A stretch of DNA of 63,922 bases, filler included, from Perkinsus chesapeaki ATCC PRA-425 (taxonomy: Eukaryota; Protista; Perkinsozoa): NCBI GenBank assembly GCA_013115145.1. It is 6 parts of 6 records of this genome, joined end to end, with 100 filler letters (N's around TTAATTAATTAA, not from the genome) between each part and the next. Parts side by side here need not be neighbours in the genome. Positions count along the whole stretch, not along the records: positions 1 to 26,273 come from JAAPAO010000511.1; positions 26,374 to 51,814 come from JAAPAO010000525.1; 4 more parts are not named here. One strand, written 5' to 3'. The translations under genes and the position numbers were made by a program. Below are positions 23,891 to 36,680 of the stretch, piece after piece. The stretch's first letter is position 1. Each line of letters opens with the position of its first letter. The notes beneath the pieces were generated by a model. The model searched no databases. It was not told the DNA's origin and worked only from the letters and a program-made list of their open reading frames with translations.

Positions 23891-25523
23891 GGGAAAGCGA
23901 TATAATAGGCTACTATTATGAATAGGTAGCATGAAAAGATACGGTGGGCTGTATACGTACCAGAAACACCGTAGAACTGAGCCAATTCTTGCACCAAACG
24001 CTATCTGGGAAATTAGCAATGGAATGATGATTCTCGATCGGCTACTAAACTCATATTCCCAAGTCTAAGGCTCGGGTTTTACTTCTATCCTGTCCAGTTC
24101 ATTCGACGGGATCATCTTGAGTAGCCTTTACTTGCTGAGACGATGGGACGCATATGTCGTTGCTCAGAGTCCGAAGTTTTGAAAGTAGAAAGGAATTGGA
24201 AACTGCGAAATAGGACAATTGAAAACCACTTCGGGGGTCATTTTTGATTGAGTTTGTTTAGTTAGACATTCTTAGCCATTTTGTTTGATTGACAAGTTTA
24301 GCATAGAAACATTCACTTAGTATTAAGTACTACTACGGTAGTGGTACTCGGACACTTCTTCCAGGCTCGGGCAGGAAGTCTTTCTCGTCAAGTGCGACAA
24401 TAGAAGTGAGCCACCTATGTTATCCTAAGTATAAATCAGGCCTGATTTCAGGAGGAAGCATGAGCGGTCTGATAACAGTGTGCAATACCTTACTCCGGTG
24501 TTGAGTTTCACCATGTAACATGGAACTTTCATCGCGAGGCTTTCATGGGATTTCTGGCTCCTGGGCTCGTGGAACTCATTTTCGAGTGATTTCTACCGAG
24601 TGAAAAAGGAGCCAGAACGGACTTGTTACACTCGAAAAAGGCGTTACGCGTTGCGAAGCGTGGCTAAAGCAGCGAAAGATACTCAGAAGGGGAGGGGGAG
24701 TGGTGAGAGGGCATTCCTCTGTTAACACTGCACGGAGTATCAATGCTGCCACGAAGCTCTCAAATTCTCTGGCACAAACTCGGAGTCCATCGAGTTCTCA
24801 TCTCCATGAGACCCAGAGCCTGGGTTCCAAGCTTGAGCTTTGACAAGTACACTTGGGAACTGTGAGTCTAAAGATCCCGAGTTGCTAGGGCTGATGCATG
24901 TTCACCACAGCTGAACTGTGCAACAACCACAGCTGGATCCCAGTAGTATTCCACGCCATTTGGGCTGTCTGCGACAGTCACCGTCTGCCAGTCGGTGACT
25001 GTCACAGTTTGCACAAGATATAAGTCTCTCGCTATGACCTATTCACTGCGGCGAAACCTTCTTGTCTAACCAATGGTTAGTAACCATATTGCGCGGCATG
25101 GCGGTTCTTGCGCAAGTCGCACCACCAAAAGGCGCTCAGCACAGCTCATTAATTTTGCGAACGTTTCATTCTAGCGGTACTGTACTACTAGAAGTACTTC
25201 ATAGGTGCATTACTTAGCTGACCGTGCATAAGGGGCGTTCATCCGCTGTGTCCACTTGACTGTTTTTAATCCAGAGAACATGGTGCTGGGGTCTTCTTAT
25301 CTAAGCGATACCAGCTTCGGCTCGCGGCGGCGCGGGACTCCCGCGTACACTCAGGATGGCCACTCAGATTGTGATTTTCATAGTAAGGACCCCACCGCGC
25401 CTGAGTGAGGGAGGAGCCCGAGCGGAACCTGATAGTCGATGTTCAATTCCCACGTCCGAAATACTGATGGCTCGGGATGTAATATCGAGACCCTTAGGAT
25501 TGAAGGCTGATCCATTATCATAC

Positions 25524-26273
25524 ATGTTGCTCCGCTGCCTCGTGCTCGGCTACATCACTGCCTTGAACATCGCTATTCAAGGCCCTGGAGGAGGTCTCTC
25601 TGGTACAGCACGCGGCTCTCCCGCGAACGATCCTCTCTATCCGCGGCAGGCCTCATACCTGGAAGCTATCAATGTTCCGGGAGCCTGGAAGCGCCTTGCC
25701 TCCACAAGAGTGGCCAGAAAGAGGGTCACAGTAGCCCTTATCGATAGCGGAGTCAAGCCCGATCATCCTGACTTGGTTGCCAATCTCGTAGAGGGTTATA
25801 ACGTTCGTAGTGGTGACCATGATACTCATGAGGGGGGCATGGTACTGAAATGGCCGGGATACTTGCTGCTACTGTGAACAACACCGAGGGTATAGCGGGT
25901 GTTATGGATCTCGTTAACATCATGCCGATTTTCGACGGTAACTTGGGCCACCAGGTTCTTATGGAGGCTGCTATCGACTATGTTATTACCAACAGGGAAG
26001 CGAGAGATATAAAGTTTATATTGATGCCATCTTCAGATGATAAGATTTACACCTACTTGACCGACAGGATCAAGCAAGCAGACCAAGCTGGAATTCTCAT
26101 CATCCTGACTGCTGGAAATATGGGCAAGAACATTACTACAGAGAAGACGTACCCCTGTGCTTTCTCCGAACAACTCGATGGAGTTTTGTGCGTCGGTGCG
26201 TGTTGTTGTGCAACTGCACAACAATGGAGCCTTAAGCTCAGCTCGACGCTAGTACTGCTACTAATGTACTAAG
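25524..26273 (+). CDS. Subtilisin-like S8 protease, 5' part (1-nt frameshift; truncated by gap)
   Basis: Signal peptide MLLRCLVLGYITALNIA, catalytic Asp in VALIDSG, His in HGTEMAG after a frameshift at the G6 run 25832-25837, oxyanion AGN. Catalytic Ser not reached. Confidence 0.8.
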
Positions 26274-26373
26274 NNNNNNNNNNNNNNNNNNNNNNNNNNN
26301 NNNNNNNNNNNNNNNNNTTAATTAATTAANNNNNNNNNNNNNNNNNNNNNNNNNNNNNNNNNNNNNNNNNNNN
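26274..26373. other. Assembly gap/linker (44N-TTAATTAATTAA-44N)
   Basis: Identical 100-bp linker at five positions with stops in all frames. Confidence 0.98.
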
Positions 26374-26520
26374 GTCATACCGCTCCCTTCTATTATTAAA
26401 GTATCTTATATGGTCATACCGCTCCCTTCTATTATTAAAGTATCTTATATGGTCATACCGCTCCCTTCTATTATTAAAGTATCTTTTATGGTCATACCGC
26501 TCCCTTATCAAAGTATCTTG
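26374..26520. repeat. 39-bp tandem repeat at contig edge (3 full copies plus a partial)
   Basis: gtcataccgctcccttctattattaaagtatcttatatg starting at 26374, 26413, 26452 and 26491. Confidence 0.92.
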
Positions 26521-26746
26521 TTTGTTCGCGTGATTCCTCTTCACAAAACGAATACGTTACTCCGCGATCAAAATTCACCACGACAATTTCGTGGCGCAGT
26601 GACGAATTCTCAGGGTATCTGTTCAATAAGCTAGAGAAGCTCCAGAATATCCACGACAAATCGACTTATCAATATTACGATGTCATGCAGTGGACCACCG
26701 GTGAAGCCTATCGCCGAGCGACAATGAAAGCTATGTAATAAAAATA

Positions 26747-26815
26747 CCCTTGCTGGGGATCGAACCTGCGAACATGGAAAAGCTATACGTTGGCCACGCT
26801 AGACATTCTGTTGAT
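26747..26815 (-). pseudogene. Possible degenerate tRNA-like/B-box remnant
   Basis: Minus strand contains GGTTCGATCCCC (T-loop-like) and TAGCGTGGCCAA; I could not build a convincing cloverleaf. Confidence 0.2.
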
Positions 26816-27709
26816 TTCCTCTTAGTTTTTCGCCTAATAGTACAAGGGGGTATGCTTCTGAGATGAGTTGGTGCGATTCGTAGTGGTGGGACTAGCTCAT
26901 TTCACTTCATCATCATCCTAAGCGAGAGCCTCAGTTCTACCAATCACAGTGGAACCGCGTGCATGCGTGCGTGGCTGAATAATCGTGAAATTAACATTTT
27001 TCATATTTTACATTTTGTTTTATATGTTATATTTCCACACTGTTATATATTAATATTGCCTTGCTACATAGCTTGTTACTTATCATTATTATCAAATAAT
27101 AGTTATATCTCCTTCATTACATTTATATATTATTTATATATATTTATTATTTCCCTCGTTTCAGACATAAGGAGCTGGTTCACGAGCTTCCTTGTGACAA
27201 GTACCGGCCTATAATGTAATAATAATAATCCGAACTCAACCGTTGCATGAATAATTAGGTACAAACTGGTCGTAGATGATACCGAGTTCAGTCCCACCGA
27301 GTCGGTGGCAGCACGAGGGGGTGGTGCGGCTGCCACGTGATCAGTCAAACATGAGTGCATGGAAGCCACAGTTCGTTTCTGTACACCTTTTGAAATCAAG
27401 TTGCCAGTCTATAGCATTTCTGAAGCTCAGGGTTCGCGAGGGTCGGATCTGAAATCTGGGCGGGCGTTCCGAGGTGAAAATGCTTACATTCGTAGGCGAA
27501 CGTCTAGTTGGCTACTTCCTTATGGTAATCCATAGCTCAGTCGTATATTGCATATTTTCGCGTTTTCCCCACATACCGTAAGTGTCATTTAAACTATATG
27601 AGAAATGGACATCATAGTGTGGTTGTACTGGCAACGGTTTTTTTCTGTCGCGAAAGTACTCTTTAGAAAGATATCACTTTTTCCCGCTTTTTCAGTTTGT
27701 TATATAATA

Positions 27710-29462
27710 ATGTCCAGCAAAGTCCTAGGTTTGGTATCTCAGCAGTGCCTCGATAAGTTCATGCAATTCGACTTTGAAAAGTCCTGTGTGACAGAGTTCT
27801 TGGTGAACGGCTTGAACATGGTAACCCAACTCGACCTCTTTTGTATCTTTTATTAGTTCCTCTCGTGTAGGGTATTATGGCTGGTGCTCTAGCTGTCAAG
27901 TTGCCTCAGATCATTAAGATTCTCGCCAATAAGTCCGTTAAAGGTGAGAATCAGATCAAATATTTTAATGTTCAACATGGGTTGGATATTTATGAGGGAA
28001 TCTCTCTTTATAAATTTCGATTAATCGGTAAACATTGTATTTGTTATTATCTCACGAATACGTAATACGTTCACCAAGAACGTCCAAAGTTTGGTCACTT
28101 TTATTGCCAAACAAAGTCAGTTGGTGAATATCGGATTTCTTTCGTTTCTTGAGCTCGTAATGACGATATACTATCTTTGTTTCACCGAGTCGAGTACGTA
28201 CTTCACTGAAATGTACTTCTGATCAGGTATCTCGGAGGCATCGTTTGCTTTGGAGTTCCTATCAAGTTCGCTATTCTGCACCTACAATATGTTGATGAGA
28301 CACCCCTTTGCAGCTTGGGGAGAGATGGCCTTCATCTCGATGCAGTGCATGATACAGCTCATACTATTCTGGTAAAGCTCCTGCTCTTCACTTTCCCGAA
28401 CTGTCGATGGCCTGGCGTGACATGAGATATATTAAAGTCCTTTACTATCAGCACTCATGCGTGATACATATTTATTATTATTGCTGCAGTATATACGTAT
28501 TACGTATGGGACTATCATTAAAGTATTGAAAGTTACAGTGACATAGTGCAAGAAGCACTTATTAAGATAACAATCAGCCTATAGTGAACCCCTTCAGTAT
28601 CTCTCTACTAGTAAGACAACGCCACATTAACATAAATCAGAATCGGGATGATGCTGCATAACGTACTTTGCTCATTTGTGCTTCCAACAGAAAAGGGATA
28701 CTTGCAATTCTCGTCATCTACAGCGGACGCTTCTTGACAATCGATGTGCTTCTCAAGTGCAGCCAATTTTCTCGCAATGCCAGGAATTGGACTTGTTCGC
28801 TGTATTTAGCGGGTACATCCTTCATGTCGGTGTATTCTGTACCAGTCGAGTCATAAAGCTCAGATCTCGTTAGAATCTTTGGCATTTCACAAAATATTTC
28901 ATTTTCAGGTGGTATTCCAAGGTGGACATGCTGCCTCGTGTGTTGCTGATGAATCTCCTATCATTCGCCTTTATGTGGGCCATGAGCGGTCAGATGCCTC
29001 AGCAGGTATCCGCTTTCCGTAACTTCCATCGATCTACGCAGTTCTCTTAGCTCCTCCCGATTCTCGGAATGGCGCCTGCGGTCGTCGGTGTAGCGTCGAG
29101 GTTACCTCAGATCGTCCTTAACTTCAAACAGGGCAACACTGGTGAGATTTATCGACGATTATTTGTCCGAATGACCCGTCATTTCCGCTTCAGGTCACTT
29201 GGCCTTCCTTACATTTTTCCTATCGTTCATGGGCAATCTCGCCAGGGTATTCACCACACTCAAGCAGCTCAACGATCCTGTTACTCTGTAAGATTTCGCA
29301 CTGTGGTGGATACGGAGTTAGATTTGTTTGTTCAGGGCCGGCCATGTGTGTGCTGCGGTGTGCAACGGTACATTAGTTTTCCAAATTGTTTACTACTGGA
29401 ATGCTACTAAGACCGCCAATGCGAAGGAGGACGAAGCCAAGAAGACTAAAAAAGATGAATAA
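27710..29462 (+). CDS. MPDU1: Mannose-P-dolichol utilization defect 1 (Lec35, PQ-loop) protein, multi-exon
   Basis: MSSKVLGLVSQQCLDKF.., GALAVKLPQIIKILANKSVKG, HPFAAWGEMAF, GVASRLPQIVLNFKQGNTG, LAFLTFFLSFMGNLARVFTT, ending KKTKKDE-TAA; two PQ loops. Confidence 0.88.
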
Positions 29463-32400
29463 GAAATGTACACACTGTTGATTCATTCAAAGCGTTTCAA
29501 GTGCTAGCAGACTTCTGGCTGTCAATACCGTGTAGCAATAACTCGGAGTTATAAATAACTGCTATTTTCCTGTATTTTATTCTATACTATGTATGGTTGT
29601 TATTACATACACTTGTATTTTCCTATATCCGGAGTTATTAACTCCGAGCCGTGGAGCGCAAATCGCCTTTTGTTAACTTTTGCAGAAATACTCAAGCTGC
29701 AAGTACGGCTCACGAAAGAACAAATCACTGACCACATCACCTAATGGTTGTTCGGAAGAACTTCTTCCTATGCTGTATATGTATACCTGGTACACTGATT
29801 TAGCTTAACATAACGACCAAACGTTTGCGCAAAATATAGTTTTGGCAATATTATTTTGTTTAGGAAATTATTAACACTTACGAATATATATTTTCGCGAG
29901 CGCAAAGTACGATTTTACCGGCGTACACCGACGTCAAGGCAACAACTTATCCGATTATAGCCTTACTTGAACCCAAAGCTCTTATCGAATGACCAGGAGC
30001 TCTGCGAGTAGTAATTAGTAATACTAGTATATCTAATTTGTGAGATTGAAGTAGCGATATGAAAGGCTCAAGCCCCTCGCATCGCATCGCGACGCATATT
30101 AGTGGCGCGTGAAGCGTCACAATAATGAACGTCATTGAGTGAAGGTGAAGCGAGCGATAAAAGTGGTGTATAGTAATTGGCTTGCAGAGCAGTAAAATGC
30201 TCTATATAAAAACAATTTGTTAAGATAAGGAAAACTTGGGTCTTCGGAGAAGATGAAGCGAGCCGTCGCATACGCTCTGAGAGCGACTACACCCGGCGGC
30301 GCTTCGAAGTCTCGGACAGACTGCCCCTGCTGCGCGAGCTCTCTCTGTCATCACGACGATTATCGACAACCGGGGTCTCGAACAGATTCTGGGTTATGGA
30401 AGGACCTCGTATAACAGAGACATGATTAATCGAAAAGCTCTCGCTACCATCTTGGTGGCCCAGGACATATCTCCTGTAGAAAGCTTCGCGAGAATCTTTG
30501 TTGACATTGTAAAGTTTGAGAAAGCATCTCATCCTGTCACAGTCGTTTCTCTGAACTGGTAGCTTATACCTCGGTAACCTAGTACCCTTACCCTTAAACC
30601 ACATTCTCGCCTATAGGCGGCGACCATGAGGGGAACAATGCAGTTCATGGATAAGTATCCCATATGGCCGAGATCTAAGGCATTATCGGTGAAGTTGCGG
30701 AAACCACGGTCCCTGAGAAGCGAGACTGTACCCGCGTGATAAGCGGATTGTTTTCTTACTTGGGCACAAAGACTCGGACTCCTATCGCCGCTCCGGCAGA
30801 CTTCACGTCAGCATCACCAATATCGAAAACACTACTTCCTAAATCGAGTTGAAAGTTGGCACGAAGGCGTCTCTGTATGGCAAGGGGGATGCCGCATACA
30901 ACTTTTACACAATCCTAAGACGAGCCATTGACATGTCCATGTGAATCGCGCTAAGTGCGACCAGCTCGCATGGTGCTCACCGGGTTTTCCAGCATGCTCC
31001 GTAAACCAGACTTCAACTCTGGTTTCCTCAAGATATAAATATATACTCCACCTTCGATAGTCGCCACTGATATCTGAAGTCAAAGTGCAAACGCTCTTAT
31101 GCGGTTATAAGCTATTCTAGCGGTGTGAACCGACTCACAGCCTGTATTCCGTTCCATCCCGCATTGCACTGTATACCAAGACCAACAACTTTATAGCGAC
31201 GCCTGAGGGGAACTAGAGTGTCGGTTTGGATCGTGGAACTGACTACATCATATTTGCTATTGCGGGAGACTCATCGTCGTAAATTACTGTCGTGTGGCTT
31301 ACATGTACAGTGTGGTTGTTGCACATATACTCCGGGAAGCCTGGGGGACAAGACGGCGACCTTGAGCTCCCCTCATTGACCGGACGAGAAGACATAATGG
31401 GATGGGATCGTGATAACCTGCCGCTCCAAGTGGCCTGCTGTGCATACATCGCACGCTAACATCGTCCAGACCGCGGACTTCAGAGTATCGGCTCAGCGAA
31501 AGCCTCAACTCAACGAGCCTATGATTCCAAGAAGCACCTTAAGGACACAAACGATAAAAGAGAGTATCTCCGAACAGGATTGATTCTGGGTCTTTCCACC
31601 ATGCATGAGCCTAAAAGCAACGGGACGTAAACTCTAGTTGTACGCATGCGTACATACCAAACATGAATTCAGGGCAATTATTCAGTAATATCATATTCAA
31701 AATGATATGATTCATCTCCCTAGTTCTGTTGGAAGGTGGGGACGTGACTTAAGTCCCGATGCCATCGGGCCGATGGAGTTTATTATGTTGTTCGTCATGA
31801 ATGTTTATCATTATGAAGGTTACGCTTGAATTAGTGATACAGTTTCCACTTATCAATAAATCGGCAGCCTCATAGTGGGTTTTGCGGGAACCTTTTGTGA
31901 AGTAGATCTGCCCGAGAGTGTAACTTCGACATTAAATCATACTGCAACCTAAAGTTTTGCCCGAGTTCAATGGTCAACCGGCTACGGAGGCTACGGAGGG
32001 ATTGATCATCAATCCTCGTAGCTCCTGTCTCCGAGGTCACTATTTCCAAGTCAGTTTTTAGATAGCGGGGCCTTGCCTCAGCCCGGGAAGGGAATGATGG
32101 AGTCCACATGTGCAAATTGGTTAGGAGGGCTTTGTGCTACGTATTTAGAGGCCCAGACACAAGGAGGGGGGAGCTGAGAGGAGGACCAGTACGATAGATA
32201 ATATGATACATATGTTAATAATGCTTGTGTAATGCTATGAAAATCCTACTATCTGCAAAAACAAAGGCCTGAGTCCTATTTGTAAATTGGATGGGTGAGA
32301 TAGCATCATCGAGAGTTTGTTCTCCCTCATTCTCACAAACCACACTGGACCAACACTTGCACGAGCGACTTCCACTGCCACAAATACGATCTGGTTCACT

Positions 32401-34184
32401 TGCCTCCAAGACCACTAAATCTCCTATTCCTGAGGAGATATTTTCGGCAAGACCCTCGCCTAATAAGGTCCACCGCAGAAGCGCAACTGCAGGGCGCCAT
32501 AGATTATCTGTCCCATGGATAGATTGTCTATCATAGTTGCATGAGAGACTGACGACTAGCCTCCAGGAAAACATCTTGTTAGGCGCCTACATGACCATTC
32601 CGGATAGAAAGTATCTGGAAGTAGGGGGGATTGATTATTTGTCTCGGGGGTTATCTTTCCGACCCAATATGCATTTTATAATAAACCACCAACCAATTAA
32701 TGCTTACGGAAATGAAGGGAGGCTTGTTGATTGAAATAGCCCTTCCGAACTCTTGGTGAGAGCGGGGCCGTAATGCCTTGGTGAGGGCTGAACATAAAAA
32801 CAGCTTCAATCAGAAGTACTCCCAGATCTCCTACGTCACGCCGTGACGATGCTCCGAGACATGACCGTCTGCACGCGAAACATAGACAACGCGCGCGTGC
32901 GGCGTCACGGGAAGCTTCCAGCTCGTCTTTTTTATCTTTATAAACAGCAAAAAAGATAGATTATGCCTCAGCTTCGTGCTGTGACTGCTCAGCGTAAGTA
33001 ACGTGCTAACAGTAAGTAAGGTAATACCAACTGCAACTGTACCGACAATAATCTAAAGAGAGGTAGGAGACGGCAATTTCCCGCGGCTCAGCGAGCCCCG
33101 ACATGGATACGTCACCGGTGCCGTACACGCAAAGCCGACGCGCGAGCGCGATCCCTTACATATATAGTGGTGGTTGTTGTAGTCGCTCACTAGTGGAATG
33201 CTCTCGAAAGGAAAAAGCATGCCCTTTCCGTTAAAACCGTTCGGGTGACTCCAATTGGATCCCCTCGCTAGCTGTCCAGATTTCAGATGCTGTCAGATGA
33301 CTGTGGAGTATATAAAGTACGCTTCACCGCCGATGTGCTGGTTATGCCGCGACGGCGCTCCCGGGCGCGATTTCGGCCGCCTTTCCACAGTATTCCTTTT
33401 AGCCCATTGGGTACAGTGCACTACTCAGTAGCCACCTCCACCAGGTGACTTCTGGTGGCGGGGTGCATGGTCCAGGCTGTATTTGATGATAGGTACATGG
33501 GAGTCACCTCCCATTGGGAGGTTTTACGAATCGTGGGTCACGATTATATGGTTATCTACTGCATCTATGACAGATAATCTATCTATGACGAGCATAAACG
33601 AGAATTCGCGGCTCGATAGCAATGACTTTTGAAAGCCACTCAAGGCTTCACTTGAAGCCCAGCAGTCAAAGCATCAGAACAGATCTGGTATATCTGTAAC
33701 CTTACTTGATGAGTGAGGTCGGCTTTGTCGACCACATAGTGCGGTTCATTTTGATACATGTTTTGCGCCATCAATATATCTATAGGAAAGGATCTATCAG
33801 TTCTATGAAACGAGAATTGATACTAGTAGCGGGCTGTTCAAGCCTAAGCCATCGTGGAGCCGATCGCCTAGGTCTATTTGTTGGTTTCCGATTAGCTCAA
33901 TTTGTATTACATCTAGCTACAGTGTACGGTTCCGAATCGTTTTGGAAAAATTAGTACTGAGTAAAACTATGAGTCATACGAGTGCGGAATGGCTTCGTGG
34001 CCACTTTTCATGTCATGCGCATGAATAAACTCCTTTCGAGGGAAGATCTCTGTCCTCCTGCTTGGAAAATACTATCCTGAATCAGGACACTCTTCCAAGT
34101 CTTAGCTAGTAACTTGGTGCGCGCAAAAGCCTCGTTCCATCAAAAACGTCCAAATTGAAAAGATGTGGTGGTCTGTGCATAGGC

Positions 34185-34359
34185 GACTATGACTCACACA
34201 GCTTACGGCGGGGTTCTACGCAGCACATCCGGGAGGACGAGTTCCTTGAGTCCAGTCAAAGACCCAGAAGGTCTACCATAAGACCTGCGTCAGAGTAGCA
34301 CCTCCATCGGCGGTGATGTCTTGCGTAGAAACCCGTCGTAAGCTGTGTGAGGCATAGTC
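34185..34359. repeat. 175-bp fold-back element with about 45-bp imperfect inverted repeats
   Basis: gactatg.ctcacacagcttacg.cggg.ttctacgca..acatc at 34185-34229 is inverted at 34315-34359. Confidence 0.8.
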
Positions 34360-35394
34360 AGTGGGAAAGTCGGATTCAGGGCCCTGAATTTAAGATTGTG
34401 AGGGAACAATCATATGTTCATGTACACCATTGAAGATGAAGGTTGATCAATTGAGCTCCAACTCGTGCCCACAGAGAGGGAAATAACAAGTTGTTATTTA
34501 CCTCTCTTATTAACAACCCACGATCATCGTGGCACGATGCCTTAGTGCTGAGCATGGCATTACCAACAATACAACAGCAGATATTACGATTCTAGATCAT
34601 AGAGGTACCCGCAAGTTGCGGGCCGCAACAATCTGTTTCTCTGTGAATGAGAAGTGATACAATCAAAGTGGTGAAGACCCCAGCAGACTAGCCTAAAAGC
34701 CTACTGTCAGCAGACTAACTGCCTACTAGCAGGAAAAGATGGTTTATGGGAGTTGCCTAGCTGACACACGGAACATTATCTAGAATAAGCTGTATGTCTT
34801 ACAAACGATCATGTATTATGGTGAACTGTCATTGGCTCATTCTTAGTCCGAAGCCTATCGAAGAAAGAAATCGCGAGTGAGTAAGATTAATGGTGTGAGT
34901 TCCTTGAATTTTTTTATATATCGCATTTGCCTAATCGAGCAGCATAGTTGACTGAGTGTGCCATTCAGTATGGCCCATACTTATAGTAGGCTTTCTCTCC
35001 ACAGCAGATTCTTTGACCTCTGCTCTCATCATTTCTGGCCTGACCTTTCCCCTCATTATTCTTTCGAGAAGGTGGACTAATGCCCATCAAGAACTCCTGC
35101 GAGAACTCCTTACGGGAATTACCCATGCATCGATACAAAAAACAATTTGGATACTCAAACAAATCTGCGAATATGCTACGAACGCATGCACATCTTCGAC
35201 GCAGCAACAAAATAAATGATGTACGATGCACGCGCGTGACTGCACGCGTGCGGAAAATCGGAGCTGGGTTATGGAGCAACCTATCCTTCCACGCTCTAGC
35301 GATGTTCTATGGGTTCACCTACACCGGAGTCTCTTAAACAATTTTCAGTGAGTTTTTACGACTCGATGCCATGGCAAGGAATTTCTATTTGTCC

Positions 35395-35820
35395 ATGTAG
35401 TTCTCTTAGTTATTCCCGATTTTTGGAGTGGCGCCTGCGGTCGTCGGTGTGGCGTCGAAGCTACCTCAGATCGTCATCATCTTCAAGCGGGGCAACACTG
35501 GTGAGATGTATTGTCAGCTATTTGTCCGAGTGACCCATCGTTTCCATTGATCGCATTTCTGCCAGATATTTTCTGGTCACTTAGCCTGCCTTACGTTCTT
35601 CTCGTCATTCCTGGGTAACCTCGCCAGACTACTTTCCAAGGATTTGCATGGCGAATCCCACGTATTATGGAAAGCCTTACAGAGTAACACTGGCAAAGTT
35701 GGATATGTTTGTTCAGGGCGCGGTTTGCAACGGTACATCAGCTTTCCCGATTGTCCACTATTCAATCCAGTAGTGGACAATTCCAGTGGAAGGCCACTAA
35801 GGCCGCTAATGCTAGTATGA
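35395..35820 (+). pseudogene. Degenerate duplicate of the 3' half of MPDU1, introns retained
   Basis: ggcgcctgcggtcgtcggtgtggcgtcgaagctacctcagatc.. matches 29071 onward, including intron gtgagat..atttgtccga; has indels and frameshifts. Confidence 0.8.
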
Positions 35821-36257
35821 GATAGTTTGACATCCAACAAGATGTGCAGTATGAGACATAGTCTTGCCATGCCTGCCGAGGAAGCTCAGGTTGAGGATTT
35901 GATCATTATTAGGTGGCTTGCCAACTACGCATGATTTATCTTGTTTGAAGAACATGATCAGTCGTAGCCTCGAGTAGCCGCGTAGCCAAGAGTAGCCAAG
36001 TCAGTAGCCCCTACTCGAAACATGATACATGATTGTAATGCGACATACACGCTTGTAGCTTGACGTAAACGAAAGGCAATGTTGGAAGAACGGATAATAA
36101 AGTTCGTTGAGTAGACTGAATGCCGACCGGCTGATGAGCGAACGTAAAGAGTGCTCAAACGTAGATGACTATCAAATGAATCATACAATCGCCAAATTGA
36201 GCACTTTCGATGACTAAAGAGTCGTTACTAACCGTGCCATTCGTCTCACCGAAAGAT

Positions 36258-36680
36258 CTACTGACAAGAACCGGAAGCTAAGTCTTCGTACAGCTCTGGA
36301 CCAAATTGTGTACGCACAATATTACTTTGAGAAAAGTATTCATAGTCCCTCAGATCTCCTGGGTCAACCCTTATAATCCCCAAACAAACGCAATTCTCGA
36401 TAAAGCCGACAAAGTCGACATAAGTTGGATACGATGCTGTGGTGATTTCGTAGTGCGTAGGAGAGCTCTTCTTAATAGTCAAGGTAATATTATCCTTATC
36501 TTGCCCACAAATTACGAGTATATTCAGCGGTTGCGCTGCATTAGCTGCTCTATTGAGCCAGTCTACTTGCACGCAGACATTACCACCGATATGCTTGAAG
36601 TATTTACTGACAGGGCCAGTACTTGCTTGTAATTCCATAAAGGATAGTGAGATGGTTAGTAGCAACCAGACGAGGGCCAT
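36258..36680 (-). CDS. Secreted 4-Cys protein family F2, copy 1 (140 aa)
   Basis: Signal peptide MALVWLLLTISLSFMELQA; CVQVDW..ICG..VCL..GSCQ. Confidence 0.78.
   Translation of the reverse strand: MALVWLLLTISLSFMELQASTGPVSKYFKHIGGNVCVQVDWLNRAANAAQPLNILVICGQDKDNITLTIKKSSPTHYEITTASYPTYVDFVGFIENCVCLGIIRVDPGDLRDYEYFSQSNIVRTQFGPELYEDLASGSCQ

Noticed and set aside
27130-27399. First exon of a gene divergent from MPDU1
   Set aside because: Low-complexity peptide, with no downstream exons identifiable before the gap.
29947-33954. Scattered ORFs of 60-120 aa
   Set aside because: No recognisable domain or consistent exon chain; may be decayed TE or gene sequence, left unannotated.
35965-36010. GTAGCC repeats, and TCAAGTCTTGGCTCAG at 18701, as spliced-leader relics
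   Set aside because: Matches to the SL are 10 nt or fewer and within chance or microsatellite expectation.
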